NCBI GenBank assembly: GCA_016842085.1
Contig: JAEVEX010000034.1
Span: forward strand, 26,371-90,370
Direction of reading: 5' to 3'
Origin: Candidatus Thermoflexus tengchongensis
GTDB lineage: Bacteria; Chloroflexota; Anaerolineae; Thermoflexales; Thermoflexaceae
Length of the DNA stretch: 64,000 nucleotides
Shown here: in pieces, positions 53,552 to 62,639 of the stretch
Layout of the letters: every line of letters starts with the position of its first letter
Position numbering within the stretch: position 1 is the stretch's first letter
Translations under genes and position numbers: made by a program
Notes under the pieces: generated by a model
What the model was told of the DNA's origin: nothing
What the model saw: only the letters and a program-made list of their open reading frames with translations
Database searches by the model: none

Positions 53552-54571
53552 ATGCGCGGGATCCGCACCCTGATCCAGGAGCTGTGGTGGTATCTCACGT
53601 ATGATTACTACGGCCGGCGCCGCCTCCGCCCGGCCGCTTACGCCCTCCTCCTCACCCTGGGGCTGGTCGCCGTCGTCTTCCTCTGGGCCTTCTTCCAGAG
53701 CCGCCAGGCCCTCCCCGCCGAGCGCCCCGCGCCCACCCTGCCCCCGCCCACGGCCACGGCGATCTTCGCCACGGCCACGGCCATCGCGTCCCGGCCCACC
53801 GCCACCCCGGCCCCCCTCTGCCCCGAGGACCCGCGGGTCTGGGCCCTGGTGGAGATCCGGCCCTTCCTGGACCCGAAGACCGGGAAATCCGTCCAGCTGC
53901 CCAAGCCGCCCCAGCGGATCGATCCGCCCTGCGTCTACGAGGCCCTGGCCCGGGACCTCGCCCGCACCCTGGTCCCGAACCCCGACGCCCCCATCCCCTC
54001 CGTGGCCGGGAAGACCCTCTCCGTCCCCTGGTTCTGGGCCCCGGGAACCGAGATCATCCAGACCCAGGTGGAGCCGGACCAGGCCCGCGACTTTGAGGCC
54101 TACTATGACGCCCGGGGGCGGAAGATCGATGACCTTTATCTGCCCTATACGGCCGTCGCCACCAGGGATCCCGACTTCCCGGTCCTGGTTTACATCTATC
54201 TGGATAGGCCTCAGCTGGCCTGGGGGACCCTGCACCGGGAAGGGGAGGAGGACCTCTGGGTCCGCTACGAGCTCCGGGGCGGGGAGGTCGTTCGTTCCAT
54301 CATCGTGATGGTCTACGACGCCAAAGCCCGGCGCTGGGTGCGGGGGGCTTATCCCCGGGAGGCCCCCACGCCCCGGGCGATCCACGCCGTCCCGGCGGGG
54401 TCGGCGGAGGATCTGGCGGGGCTGCTGGGCCTGCCCCTCTGGCGGCGGGGGGAGCTGCTGGCCCGCGCCGGCCTGAAGGACATCTTCCCCGATTCGGTCA
54501 ACCCGGCGACCATTCGCCCCCTCGGGACGTTGCGGATCAGCCCCGAGGGGTATGTGGTGGAAAGGAGGTAA
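53552..54571 (+). CDS. Hypothetical membrane-anchored protein with Pro/Thr linker
   Basis: GGAGGT RBS; single TM; PTLPPPTATAIFATATAIASRPTATP linker; strongly G/C-ending codons. Confidence 0.7.
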   Translation: MRGIRTLIQELWWYLTYDYYGRRRLRPAAYALLLTLGLVAVVFLWAFFQSRQALPAERPAPTLPPPTATAIFATATAIASRPTATPAPLCPEDPRVWALVEIRPFLDPKTGKSVQLPKPPQRIDPPCVYEALARDLARTLVPNPDAPIPSVAGKTLSVPWFWAPGTEIIQTQVEPDQARDFEAYYDARGRKIDDLYLPYTAVATRDPDFPVLVYIYLDRPQLAWGTLHREGEEDLWVRYELRGGEVVRSIIVMVYDAKARRWVRGAYPREAPTPRAIHAVPAGSAEDLAGLLGLPLWRRGELLARAGLKDIFPDSVNPATIRPLGTLRISPEGYVVERR

Positions 54572-54573
54572 GC

Positions 54574-55860
54574 GTGATGCGGCGGATCGCCCTCTCCCTG
54601 TTCCTCCTCGCCCTCCTCCTGGGGCCGGCGGGGGGATCCCCGCCCCCCGCCGCCGCCCAGGGGGGCGATGGCTGTCAAAGTGATATATGCCGTCTTGAGA
54701 TCGAGATCCAGACCTCCCAGGCCTGGCAGATCCCGGGCCGGGAGGCGCGGCGGTGCACGGGGACGTATCGCGTCGGGATGATCACCCGGGGGCGGCAGAA
54801 CCAGAGCTATTGCGCCGAGGTCCAGGTGGAGATCGACTGCGCCGGGAATGTCCAGGTGGTGGAGCGGTTCGGCGAGGGCGCGGATTTCTGCCCCACGGCC
54901 AACGCGGCCTGGAAGGCCTACTGCGATCCTGTCTCCCGGATGGGCGACGCCGGGGGCTTCTGCGACCTGGTGGACTACTACGGGAACCGCATCCGCCTGA
55001 AGGTGGAGGTCCCCAAGCACCGCTTCCGCATCGTCCCCTATCCCGTGGGCTTCGTGGCCCGGGAGGACCCCTGGGGGGTCTTCCATCCCACCGCCCGCCT
55101 GGTGTGGGAGACCCCGCCCTTCCCCCAGTATGCCGACTCCGGCTGGCGGCTGTGGACGTGGGGCGGAAATCGCGGCCCGGGGAGCGCGGACTTCCCCTGC
55201 GATCTGGACGAGGCGGGGCTGCTGGCCCGGAACGTCCCGGCCGGCACCGAGTGCCTGCGGCTGCAGCTGTGGGCCTCCCCGGGCTTCCAGGGGCTGGAAC
55301 CCACCCTCCTCCCGGGCCTGCTGCAGTATCCGGCGGCCCGGGTGAACATGGAGCTGATGCCCGGGCGGGAGGTGGCGATCAACTTCCCCTACGCCTCCCA
55401 TCCGGCCACGGGCGAGGTGAGCGAGTTGAAGTTTGGGGACCAGATCCTGCCGGCCTTCAACGGGTATTTCAACCGGTGGTGGCCGGTGCGCCTGCGGGTG
55501 GAGAAGAAGACGGTGCGGGACATCACCGGGACGGAGTGCCATCCGGTGGCGGCGGACGAGAAGGGGAAGCCGAAGGAGGGCGGGGACTGCTGGGTGACCC
55601 TCGGGGACCCGCCGGCGCTGTGGCCGGGGAAGCAGGTGACGGTGGTGAAGGAGAAGAAGTGGGAGGCGGAGAAGCGGGACGATCTCCTGCAGCTGAACCT
55701 GGATCCCTTTAACCGTCCGTGGCCGTATCTCCATCCGGACGGGGCGATCATCCGGGGGGCGGATCGGACCTGGCGGACGGGGGTGATCGTGCGGGGAGGC
55801 TACCCCTGGCTGTATCTCCCCCTGGCGGTGCGGGAGGGGCAGGGCGTGGTGACCCGGTGA
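54574..55860 (+). CDS. Hypothetical secreted Cys-rich protein
   Basis: Classic signal peptide (MRRIALSLFLLALLLG...AAAQ), about 12 Cys, GGAGGT RBS, coupled to the upstream gene. Confidence 0.75.
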   Translation: MMRRIALSLFLLALLLGPAGGSPPPAAAQGGDGCQSDICRLEIEIQTSQAWQIPGREARRCTGTYRVGMITRGRQNQSYCAEVQVEIDCAGNVQVVERFGEGADFCPTANAAWKAYCDPVSRMGDAGGFCDLVDYYGNRIRLKVEVPKHRFRIVPYPVGFVAREDPWGVFHPTARLVWETPPFPQYADSGWRLWTWGGNRGPGSADFPCDLDEAGLLARNVPAGTECLRLQLWASPGFQGLEPTLLPGLLQYPAARVNMELMPGREVAINFPYASHPATGEVSELKFGDQILPAFNGYFNRWWPVRLRVEKKTVRDITGTECHPVAADEKGKPKEGGDCWVTLGDPPALWPGKQVTVVKEKKWEAEKRDDLLQLNLDPFNRPWPYLHPDGAIIRGADRTWRTGVIVRGGYPWLYLPLAVREGQGVVTR

Positions 55861-55980
55861 GCTGGAGGGCCGGCGATGAATGGATATGCGCTTGTGGGAT
55901 CCCAGACCCGCTTTCGAATATGGTTGAGGTGGGGTCGGCTCAGACGTCTGTGAGGGAGACCATGGGGCGCGACCTCGATG

Positions 55981-57000
55981 CTATGGATAAACCAGCACTT
56001 TCAATGCCTCGTAGGCCCGCATGGCCTGATAGCCCTGCGGGGTTTCCTCCAGCGACAGCCGGTGGGTGATCAGACGCTCCACGGGCAGGCCCTCCGCGAG
56101 CAGGCGCAGCGCCTCCCGCATATCCGGCGGGCCGGCGGAGTAACTGGGGATCACCCGAATCTCCCGGAAATACAGCGTGTGGATGTCCACCGGCCAGCGA
56201 GCCTCCGGCGGCGTCGGCGTGAACAGCAACAGGGTTCCCCCAGACGCCACCAGGGACCATCCCAGCTCGATGGCCTCTACGGATCCGGGGCCCACCACGA
56301 CCAGATCGGCCCCCAGCCCATCGCTCTCCGCGCGGATCCGTTCGACGGCCCCGGAAGCGGGCACCGGGGCGATCCCGAGCTGCGCTCCGATCTCCAGGCG
56401 GGCGGGGATCCGATCGATCCCCCACACCCGCTCCGCGCCCCAGCGGAGCGCGACCATCCCGTGCAGCAACCCCATCACCCCCAGCCCGATCACCGCCACC
56501 CGATCCCCAGCGTGCACTCCGGCCCGCCGCAGGGCCTTCACCACCGTCGCCAGGGGCTCCGTGAACGCCGCGACCTCATCGGAAACATGGGACGGGATGG
56601 GGAGGAGATCCCGTTCCACAACCGGGGGAGGGACGATGGCATAGGTGCTCAGGCCGCCCGGGATCAGGCGGGTGGACCGCCAGGTCGGGCAGTGCACGTA
56701 ATCGCCCCGCTGGCAGAACCGGCAGGTTCCGCACGGCGCGTGGTGATGCACCACCACGCGCTCCCCTCCCCGGAAGGAGGCCACCCCCGGCCCCACCTCC
56801 ACCACCTCTCCGACCAGCTCGTGGCCGGGGGTGAGCGGGGCCTTCCGGGCCATATACCAGTCCATGATCTCCCCCGGGCACAGCCCGCAGACCCGGATCC
56901 GGACCAGCACCTCCCCTTCGGCGAGGGGCCGCAGGGGCACCTCGGCGATGCGGAGATCCTCCCGGCCGTGATAGATCACCGCCCGGGTATGGGAGATCAT
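55981..57000 (-). CDS. Zn-dependent (polyol/sorbitol-type) dehydrogenase
   Basis: GHE, CGTCRFC..C, EPLA (Glu ligand), GLGVMG. Confidence 0.9.
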   Translation of the reverse strand: MISHTRAVIYHGREDLRIAEVPLRPLAEGEVLVRIRVCGLCPGEIMDWYMARKAPLTPGHELVGEVVEVGPGVASFRGGERVVVHHHAPCGTCRFCQRGDYVHCPTWRSTRLIPGGLSTYAIVPPPVVERDLLPIPSHVSDEVAAFTEPLATVVKALRRAGVHAGDRVAVIGLGVMGLLHGMVALRWGAERVWGIDRIPARLEIGAQLGIAPVPASGAVERIRAESDGLGADLVVVGPGSVEAIELGWSLVASGGTLLLFTPTPPEARWPVDIHTLYFREIRVIPSYSAGPPDMREALRLLAEGLPVERLITHRLSLEETPQGYQAMRAYEALKVLVYP

Positions 57001-57395
57001 CCTTCCCCCTCCGATCGCTCCTTCCGGAGCAGCGCCTTATTCGGGATCACGCACAGGAAGCCGAAAGGCTCCTCGCCGACGTTCTCGAACTGATGGAGCT
57101 CCATGGGCGGGATATAGAGCACATCGCCCGCCTGAACCTCCACCATCTCCGAACCCAGGCGGGCGCGGGCGCGCCCCTGCAGGACCACCACGCCGTGGTC
57201 GTGGGGATGGACGTCCAGGCTGGAGCGGCATCCCGGAGGGAGCTCGAAATAGCGAAGGACGAAATACCGGGCGCGCTCCCGGGGCCCGATCAGCACCCGC
57301 CGGGATCCGCACACGCCCTCCGGTCCGGTGTAAGGGACCACCGGCACGCCCTCCCAGTCCCATCCCTCGGGCCTCCGCCGATGCACAATGCCCAT
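56997..57395 (-). CDS. Cupin domain protein (methylsulfurylase-like)
   Basis: WDWEGVP..Y, RYFELPPG..S.L..HPHDH, HQF, FGFLC. Confidence 0.85.
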   Translation of the reverse strand: MGIVHRRRPEGWDWEGVPVVPYTGPEGVCGSRRVLIGPRERARYFVLRYFELPPGCRSSLDVHPHDHGVVVLQGRARARLGSEMVEVQAGDVLYIPPMELHQFENVGEEPFGFLCVIPNKALLRKERSEGEG

Positions 57396-57420
57396 AGCGA
57401 GGCATCCTCCTATCCCTGGC

Positions 57421-58836
57421 TTATTTCTGCGACCCTTCCAGGAAGGCTTGAGGCCGGCGCCAGACCAGCGCCCACAATCCGAGATAAACCACCAGGTAAG
57501 CGATGGCCAGGATGAATCGAGGAAGATCTGATCGGTACCCGACCAGGAACCAGAAGATCTCGAGAATAGGCCAGGAAAGGGTCTTGAAGCCCGCTGCCAT
57601 TGCCGTGACGGTCTGCCCGGCTGGAACCTGAGCTCCTACCTGATGAGCGATCTGCGTGACCACAGGGGCCGTATCGGTGGCTACCAGCAGCATCAGAGGA
57701 ATAAAGACCAGCGCACCGTTCAGGATCCCACGGAAAATATTGCCCCTGGACGGAGCCACAGCCCAGATCAGCAGGAACACGAAAACCGAGAGATCCGCAA
57801 AGGGAACCACCCGGTTGCCTGGCAACAGCGCCGCGATCGGGAGCGCCAGGGGGATCAGGATCAGCGCCGTCGCCACGATGGCCGGAAAGCCGGTCACAAT
57901 TGCCGCATCCAGCCCGATGTAGAGCTCGCGGCCCGGGAAGCGACGGGTCATAAATGTCCGCACGCTTTCGGAGATGGGGATCAAACCCTCCATCAGCAAG
58001 GCGATCATACGCGGCATCAGCTCCATGAAGGCAGCCGTGGTGATCCCCAGTTTGAGGATGGCCGCTGCATCCTCCGCCGTCATCCCCGGCTTCAGATAGG
58101 CCAGGGCACCGATCAGCAACCCAATGATCAATCCAACGATGGCCGATTCCCCCAGCACTCCCAGCCGCCGCTGAATCCTCTCCGGGTCAATCGAAATCTC
58201 CCGCAAGCGGGGAATACGCTCCCAAAGGGCATCCAGAGCGAAGCCGATAGGTGCCCAGATCACGGTATCCCCATGAGGCAGAGAGATGCCCGGCATTTTG
58301 AAATAACCGCTAAGCACCGGCGCGGTCCAGTCCGCCAGCTTGAACAGGAAGGCGGCGTAGATCATGGCCCCTGCAAGGCCCAGCAACACGTTCTGACTCA
58401 CCGCCCAGATCATCGAGAACACATAGGCCATGGACCAGTAGTTCCAGAGGTCCACATCAAGGGTTTTCGTGAAGCCGATCAGGATAAGGAGGATGTTCCA
58501 CACGAAAATCACAATAAAGACGGTGAAAGCGAAGGGGGTCCCAAAGCTGATGGCGGCCAGGACCGGCCAGCCGATGTCCGGGATATCCAGGGGCAGCGCA
58601 AAGCGCCTGGACATCGCCTGGACAGCGGGGCCGAGCCCATTGATCAGCATGCCCAGCACCAGGAAGAGCCCCGTGAACCCGATCCCAACCCGCAGGCCGG
58701 CCCGGAAACTCCGTCCCGGCGGGGCTCCGAAGAGCAGGCCGAGGAGGAACAGGATGATCGGCATCATCACCGATACCCCGGCCGTCTGCACAATCCAGTT
58801 CATGAATGCATTGAGCGCCTGGATCCATCCGCTCAT
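57421..58836 (-). CDS. gatC: PTS galactitol-class IIC component, paralog 2
   Basis: GLRVGIGFTG, DIGWP, KTLDVDLWNYW, LLMEGLIPISE, YIGLDAAI, GNRVVPFADL. Confidence 0.88.
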   Translation of the reverse strand: MSGWIQALNAFMNWIVQTAGVSVMMPIILFLLGLLFGAPPGRSFRAGLRVGIGFTGLFLVLGMLINGLGPAVQAMSRRFALPLDIPDIGWPVLAAISFGTPFAFTVFIVIFVWNILLILIGFTKTLDVDLWNYWSMAYVFSMIWAVSQNVLLGLAGAMIYAAFLFKLADWTAPVLSGYFKMPGISLPHGDTVIWAPIGFALDALWERIPRLREISIDPERIQRRLGVLGESAIVGLIIGLLIGALAYLKPGMTAEDAAAILKLGITTAAFMELMPRMIALLMEGLIPISESVRTFMTRRFPGRELYIGLDAAIVTGFPAIVATALILIPLALPIAALLPGNRVVPFADLSVFVFLLIWAVAPSRGNIFRGILNGALVFIPLMLLVATDTAPVVTQIAHQVGAQVPAGQTVTAMAAGFKTLSWPILEIFWFLVGYRSDLPRFILAIAYLVVYLGLWALVWRRPQAFLEGSQK

Positions 58837-58920
58837 CGGCTCCTCCCTTCGTGGAGATCCGGGGGCTCGGGGCGGCCGCAGTGAAATTTGCGGCCGCCCC
58901 GAAGCGGGTTTCACACGCTT

Positions 58921-60312
58921 TCATGCCTCCGCCGGAGCCCCGGCGGCGACCTCCCAGGCCTTCGGGTTCCGCTGGTAGAGGAAGAGCGCGGCGGCCAGGA
59001 GAACCAGCAGGATCAGGAGCCCCAGCACTCCGGCCAGCCGCACAGCGCTCACGAAGACAAAGGGCGGCCAGAGGAAGCCATCGGCGATACTGGTGATCCG
59101 CACCGCACCCTCCGGCATCTTAAAGCCCGAGGCCACCGCCGCCGAGGTGAAGAGGTCCGCCATCCCGGTGGCGATGTAGAAGCCCACCGCCAGCGTGAGG
59201 GTGCCTGCGATGATCATGCGGAAGATGTTCCCCCGCATCAGAGGGGCGAACATCGCTACCACAAAGGGAATGACCGCAAGGTCCGCGAAGAGGATCACAC
59301 GATTGCCGGGCAGGATGGCGCTGAGCAGAATCGCCACCGGCACCAGCACCAATGCGGTCGAGATGGCCGCCGGATGGCCGATCAGGATCGCCGAATCCAG
59401 CCCGATGTAGATCTCCCGCCCCCCTGCCCGCCGTTGCATGAAGTCCCGGGCCGCTTCCGAAACCGGGATCAGGCCCTCCATCAGGATCTGAACCATCCGC
59501 GGCAGAAGGAGCATCACCGCCGCCAGATTCATCGCCGTTTTGAGGACTTTCACCACCACCGTCTGGACGTCGCCAGCGTTATAGAAGCCGAGGATCCCCA
59601 GCACCAGGCCGATGATCAGGCCCAGGATCACCGGCTCCCCCGCGACGCCCAGCCGGCGCCGGATCGCCTCCGGATCCGCCTGCACATCCCGCAGGCCCGG
59701 GATGCGGTCGATGATCCAGTTGACCACGATGGCGATGGGCACCCCAGGAGCCGTGGTGAGATGGGGAATGGAGATCCCGGGCAGCCCATAGAAACGCTGA
59801 ACCGCCGGTGCCGTCCAATCCGCGAAGAATAGGGCGAGCGCCGCAGCGATCGCCGCAGCCAGCAAGCCGAGCGGCAGGCTGCCCGTGGCGGCTACAACCA
59901 GCGAGCCGATGAACGCAAAATGCCAGTAATTCCAGATGTCGATGTCCAGCGTCTTGGTGAGACGGGCCGCCAGCATCAGGATGTTCACCAGAAGCGTCAG
60001 GGGGATCACCCACAGGCCGACGGCGGAGCCGAAGGCGATCGCCGCGGCCGATGGCCACCCCACATCCACTACATCCCGCTGGATGCCCGTGTTCTTCACC
60101 ATCGCCTGGGCGACCTCGGACAGGTTGGTCCACATCAGGCCGATGACCAGGTTGATCCCGATGAAGGCAATGCCGATGGTCACACCTGCCCGGAAGGCGC
60201 GCCCGGGTTGCGCGCCCAGGGCGACCGCAAACAGAAAGATGATGATCGGCAACGCGACCGTAGCCCCCAAGTTGTCGATGATGGCCTTCAGGGTGCTCAG
60301 GAAGACTTCCAT
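58921..60312 (-). CDS. gatC: PTS galactitol-class IIC component, paralog 1
   Basis: VDVGWP, KTLDIDIWNYWH, ILMEGLIPVSE, YIGLDSAI, GNRVILFADL. Confidence 0.9.
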   Translation of the reverse strand: MEVFLSTLKAIIDNLGATVALPIIIFLFAVALGAQPGRAFRAGVTIGIAFIGINLVIGLMWTNLSEVAQAMVKNTGIQRDVVDVGWPSAAAIAFGSAVGLWVIPLTLLVNILMLAARLTKTLDIDIWNYWHFAFIGSLVVAATGSLPLGLLAAAIAAALALFFADWTAPAVQRFYGLPGISIPHLTTAPGVPIAIVVNWIIDRIPGLRDVQADPEAIRRRLGVAGEPVILGLIIGLVLGILGFYNAGDVQTVVVKVLKTAMNLAAVMLLLPRMVQILMEGLIPVSEAARDFMQRRAGGREIYIGLDSAILIGHPAAISTALVLVPVAILLSAILPGNRVILFADLAVIPFVVAMFAPLMRGNIFRMIIAGTLTLAVGFYIATGMADLFTSAAVASGFKMPEGAVRITSIADGFLWPPFVFVSAVRLAGVLGLLILLVLLAAALFLYQRNPKAWEVAAGAPAEA

Positions 60313-60502
60313 GGCTACCTCCTTTGAGGGTTGGAATCGGAAATCGAGATTTTGAGGATCCGCAATCGCTTCCCTGCCGAACCCTGAAGACTCTGTATTT
60401 GCCCCAATCACCTCCTTTCTTGAATCCACAATTGTCAACCATGACGGGAAAAACCACGTCCCCTACTCCCACGGACCGCGAAAACCCGGATAGCACCCCG
60501 GC

Positions 60503-60796
60503 CTACCCAGAGCGGCGCAGGATCTCGGCGATCTGATCCAGCACCTGATCCTTCCCGATGCCTGTCAGAAAGGCCAGCGTCTGGATCACCGGGATCCCAA
60601 GGTCTGAAGGCACCGGGGTGGTGGTGACCACCAGATCGAAATCTTTCGCCAGCGCGGGGACCTCCGCCGCCTTGCACTGGCGGGTGATCACCGGGATGCC
60701 CCGCGCCGCCAGCCCCTCCTCGATCGCTTTGGCTACCACTGTGGAGGTCGCGATGGCGGTGCCGCACGCCACCAGCACACGCTTGGGTTGGGTCAT
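60503..60796 (-). CDS. gatB: PTS galactitol-class IIB component
   Basis: VLVACGTAIATSTVV phospho-Cys loop, FLTGIG. Confidence 0.92.
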   Translation of the reverse strand: MTQPKRVLVACGTAIATSTVVAKAIEEGLAARGIPVITRQCKAAEVPALAKDFDLVVTTTPVPSDLGIPVIQTLAFLTGIGKDQVLDQIAEILRRSG

Positions 60797-60811
60797 AGAC
60801 ACCTCCCAGGC

Positions 60812-61306
60812 TCAGTTCAAAAGATCGATCGCCCGGATCAGCTCCTCAGGGGTTTGGGCCTCGTAAACCTGCCGTACACGTTGAGGCTCCTGAAAGAAAG
60901 CTGCCAGACGCTGCAGCATCTCGATCTGGGAATGAGGTTCATCTAAAGCCATCAGGATCACGATGGAGACCGGCACCATTTCCTCGGGGTTCACCATATT
61001 GCGGAAAATCACTGGCCGTGCCAGGGTGGCGATGGCCAGGGCCGGCGCGATCACATGCACAACATCCGCATGCGGGATCGCCACATGCAGATCCCCTGCT
61101 AATGGGAGGCCGGTGGGATGGGTTCGCTCCCGCTCCAGCACGGCTTCCACGAAGGAAGGACGAACAAGCCCCTCCCTCTCCAGCCGGGCGGCCAGCTCAC
61201 GGATCACCTCTTCCGCAGAGGAGGCTTCCATCCGCAGGATCACCAGACGCTCGGACAACGTTACTTTCCGGATCGCAGCTGATGAGTGAGCCGAAGACTC
61301 CGTCAT
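60812..61306 (-). CDS. gatA: PTS IIA component (galactitol/fructose class)
   Basis: VLERERTHPTGL, VAIPHAD phospho-His, F.NM. Confidence 0.9.
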   Translation of the reverse strand: MTESSAHSSAAIRKVTLSERLVILRMEASSAEEVIRELAARLEREGLVRPSFVEAVLERERTHPTGLPLAGDLHVAIPHADVVHVIAPALAIATLARPVIFRNMVNPEEMVPVSIVILMALDEPHSQIEMLQRLAAFFQEPQRVRQVYEAQTPEELIRAIDLLN

Positions 61307-61317
61307 CGAAGCCTTCC

Positions 61318-62619
61318 TTATCCCAGCAGGATCCCCGGGCGCTCCAGAACCATGCGCAGGTCGTCCAGGAAGCGGGCGGCCTGGGCGCCGTCCACGATGC
61401 GATGATCCGCCGTCAGGGTGAGGGTGGCCATCGGGCGGACCTCCACGCGGTCCCCCTCCCCAACTACCGGACGTTTCGCCACCCGGCCCACGGCCAGGAT
61501 GGCCGTCTGGGGCGGGTTCAGGATCGCCGTGAAGCGGTCCACCCCATACATCCCCAGGTTCGACAGGGTGAAGGTCCCCCCCTGCACATCCTCGGGCCGC
61601 AGACGTCCCTCCCGCGCCCGCTTCGCTTTCTCCTCCAGAACCTGCGCGATCTCCACCAACCCTCGTCGATCGACATCGTGGATCACCGGGACCACCAGGC
61701 CCTCGGGCACAGCGACCGCCACGCCGATGTTCACGGCTTCCCATTCCAGGATTTCTTCCCCTTCCAGAGTCGCGTTGAGCGCCGGATGCCGCCGTAACGC
61801 CCAGGCGCAGGCCTTCACCACCAAGGCCGTCAGGGTCACTCGAGGCCCGCCCTCCCGCTCCGCCCACGCCGCCAGATCCTCCACCAGGGCCAGCGCCCGG
61901 CCCATCTCCACGTCCACACTGACCGTGAACTGGGGCGCTTCCCGCACGCTTCGGAGCATCCGCTCCGCGATGATCCGCCGCATCCCACTCAGCGTCACCC
62001 GCCGGCGGATCGCCGGACGGGCAGGGGCTTCCGGCTCTACCGCGCGGCGCAGCGCCTCCGCTGCCCGCCGCACATCCTCCGACTGGATCCGACCCCCCGG
62101 CCCGGTTCCCTGGACCGTGTGCAGATCCACCCCCAGCTCCCGGGCCAGCCGCCGCGCCGCGGGGACCGCCCGGATCTTATCCCCGGCTTCACCTGGAGCG
62201 CGCTGAGCCAGGTAAGCCTCCACATCCGCCTTCGTCACCCGTCCCCCCGGCCCGGTGCCGGGAACGGCGTGGATCTCCACGCCGTGGGCCCGGGCCATGC
62301 GTTCGGCCACCGGGGTCGCCCGGGGGACCTCGGGGGCGGCCGCCGGAGAGGGTGTGGGGGAAGGTACCTCCCCGGTTTCGCCGGGTTGCAGAATATAGGC
62401 GATGGGCTGGCCGATCGGCACCACCTCGCCAGGGCCCACCCGGATCCCCACCAGCGTCCCGCTGGCCGGCGCTTCCACCTCCATGGCGACCTTATCGGTC
62501 TCCACCTCCAGGATGGGCTCGCCCTTCGCCACCGGCTCCCCCTCCCCCTTGAGCCAGCGGAGGATCTTCCCGCTCTCCTGGGCCATCTCGAATTTCGGCA
62601 TAATGACCGGGACCGGCAT
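61318..62619 (-). CDS. 2-oxoacid/acetoin dehydrogenase complex E2 (dihydrolipoamide acyltransferase)
   Basis: Lipoyl VETDKV, two E3-binding repeats (GTGPGGR), GGTFTLSNLG, DHRIVDG. Confidence 0.95.
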   Translation of the reverse strand: MPVPVIMPKFEMAQESGKILRWLKGEGEPVAKGEPILEVETDKVAMEVEAPASGTLVGIRVGPGEVVPIGQPIAYILQPGETGEVPSPTPSPAAAPEVPRATPVAERMARAHGVEIHAVPGTGPGGRVTKADVEAYLAQRAPGEAGDKIRAVPAARRLARELGVDLHTVQGTGPGGRIQSEDVRRAAEALRRAVEPEAPARPAIRRRVTLSGMRRIIAERMLRSVREAPQFTVSVDVEMGRALALVEDLAAWAEREGGPRVTLTALVVKACAWALRRHPALNATLEGEEILEWEAVNIGVAVAVPEGLVVPVIHDVDRRGLVEIAQVLEEKAKRAREGRLRPEDVQGGTFTLSNLGMYGVDRFTAILNPPQTAILAVGRVAKRPVVGEGDRVEVRPMATLTLTADHRIVDGAQAARFLDDLRMVLERPGILLG

Positions 62620-62639
62620 GCGTTCCAGCGCCTCCTCCC

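Noticed and set aside
55877-55954. 25-aa ORF MNGYALVGSQTRFRIWLRWGRLRRL after the secreted protein
   Set aside because: Has an RBS-like GGAGG but is too short and featureless to support.
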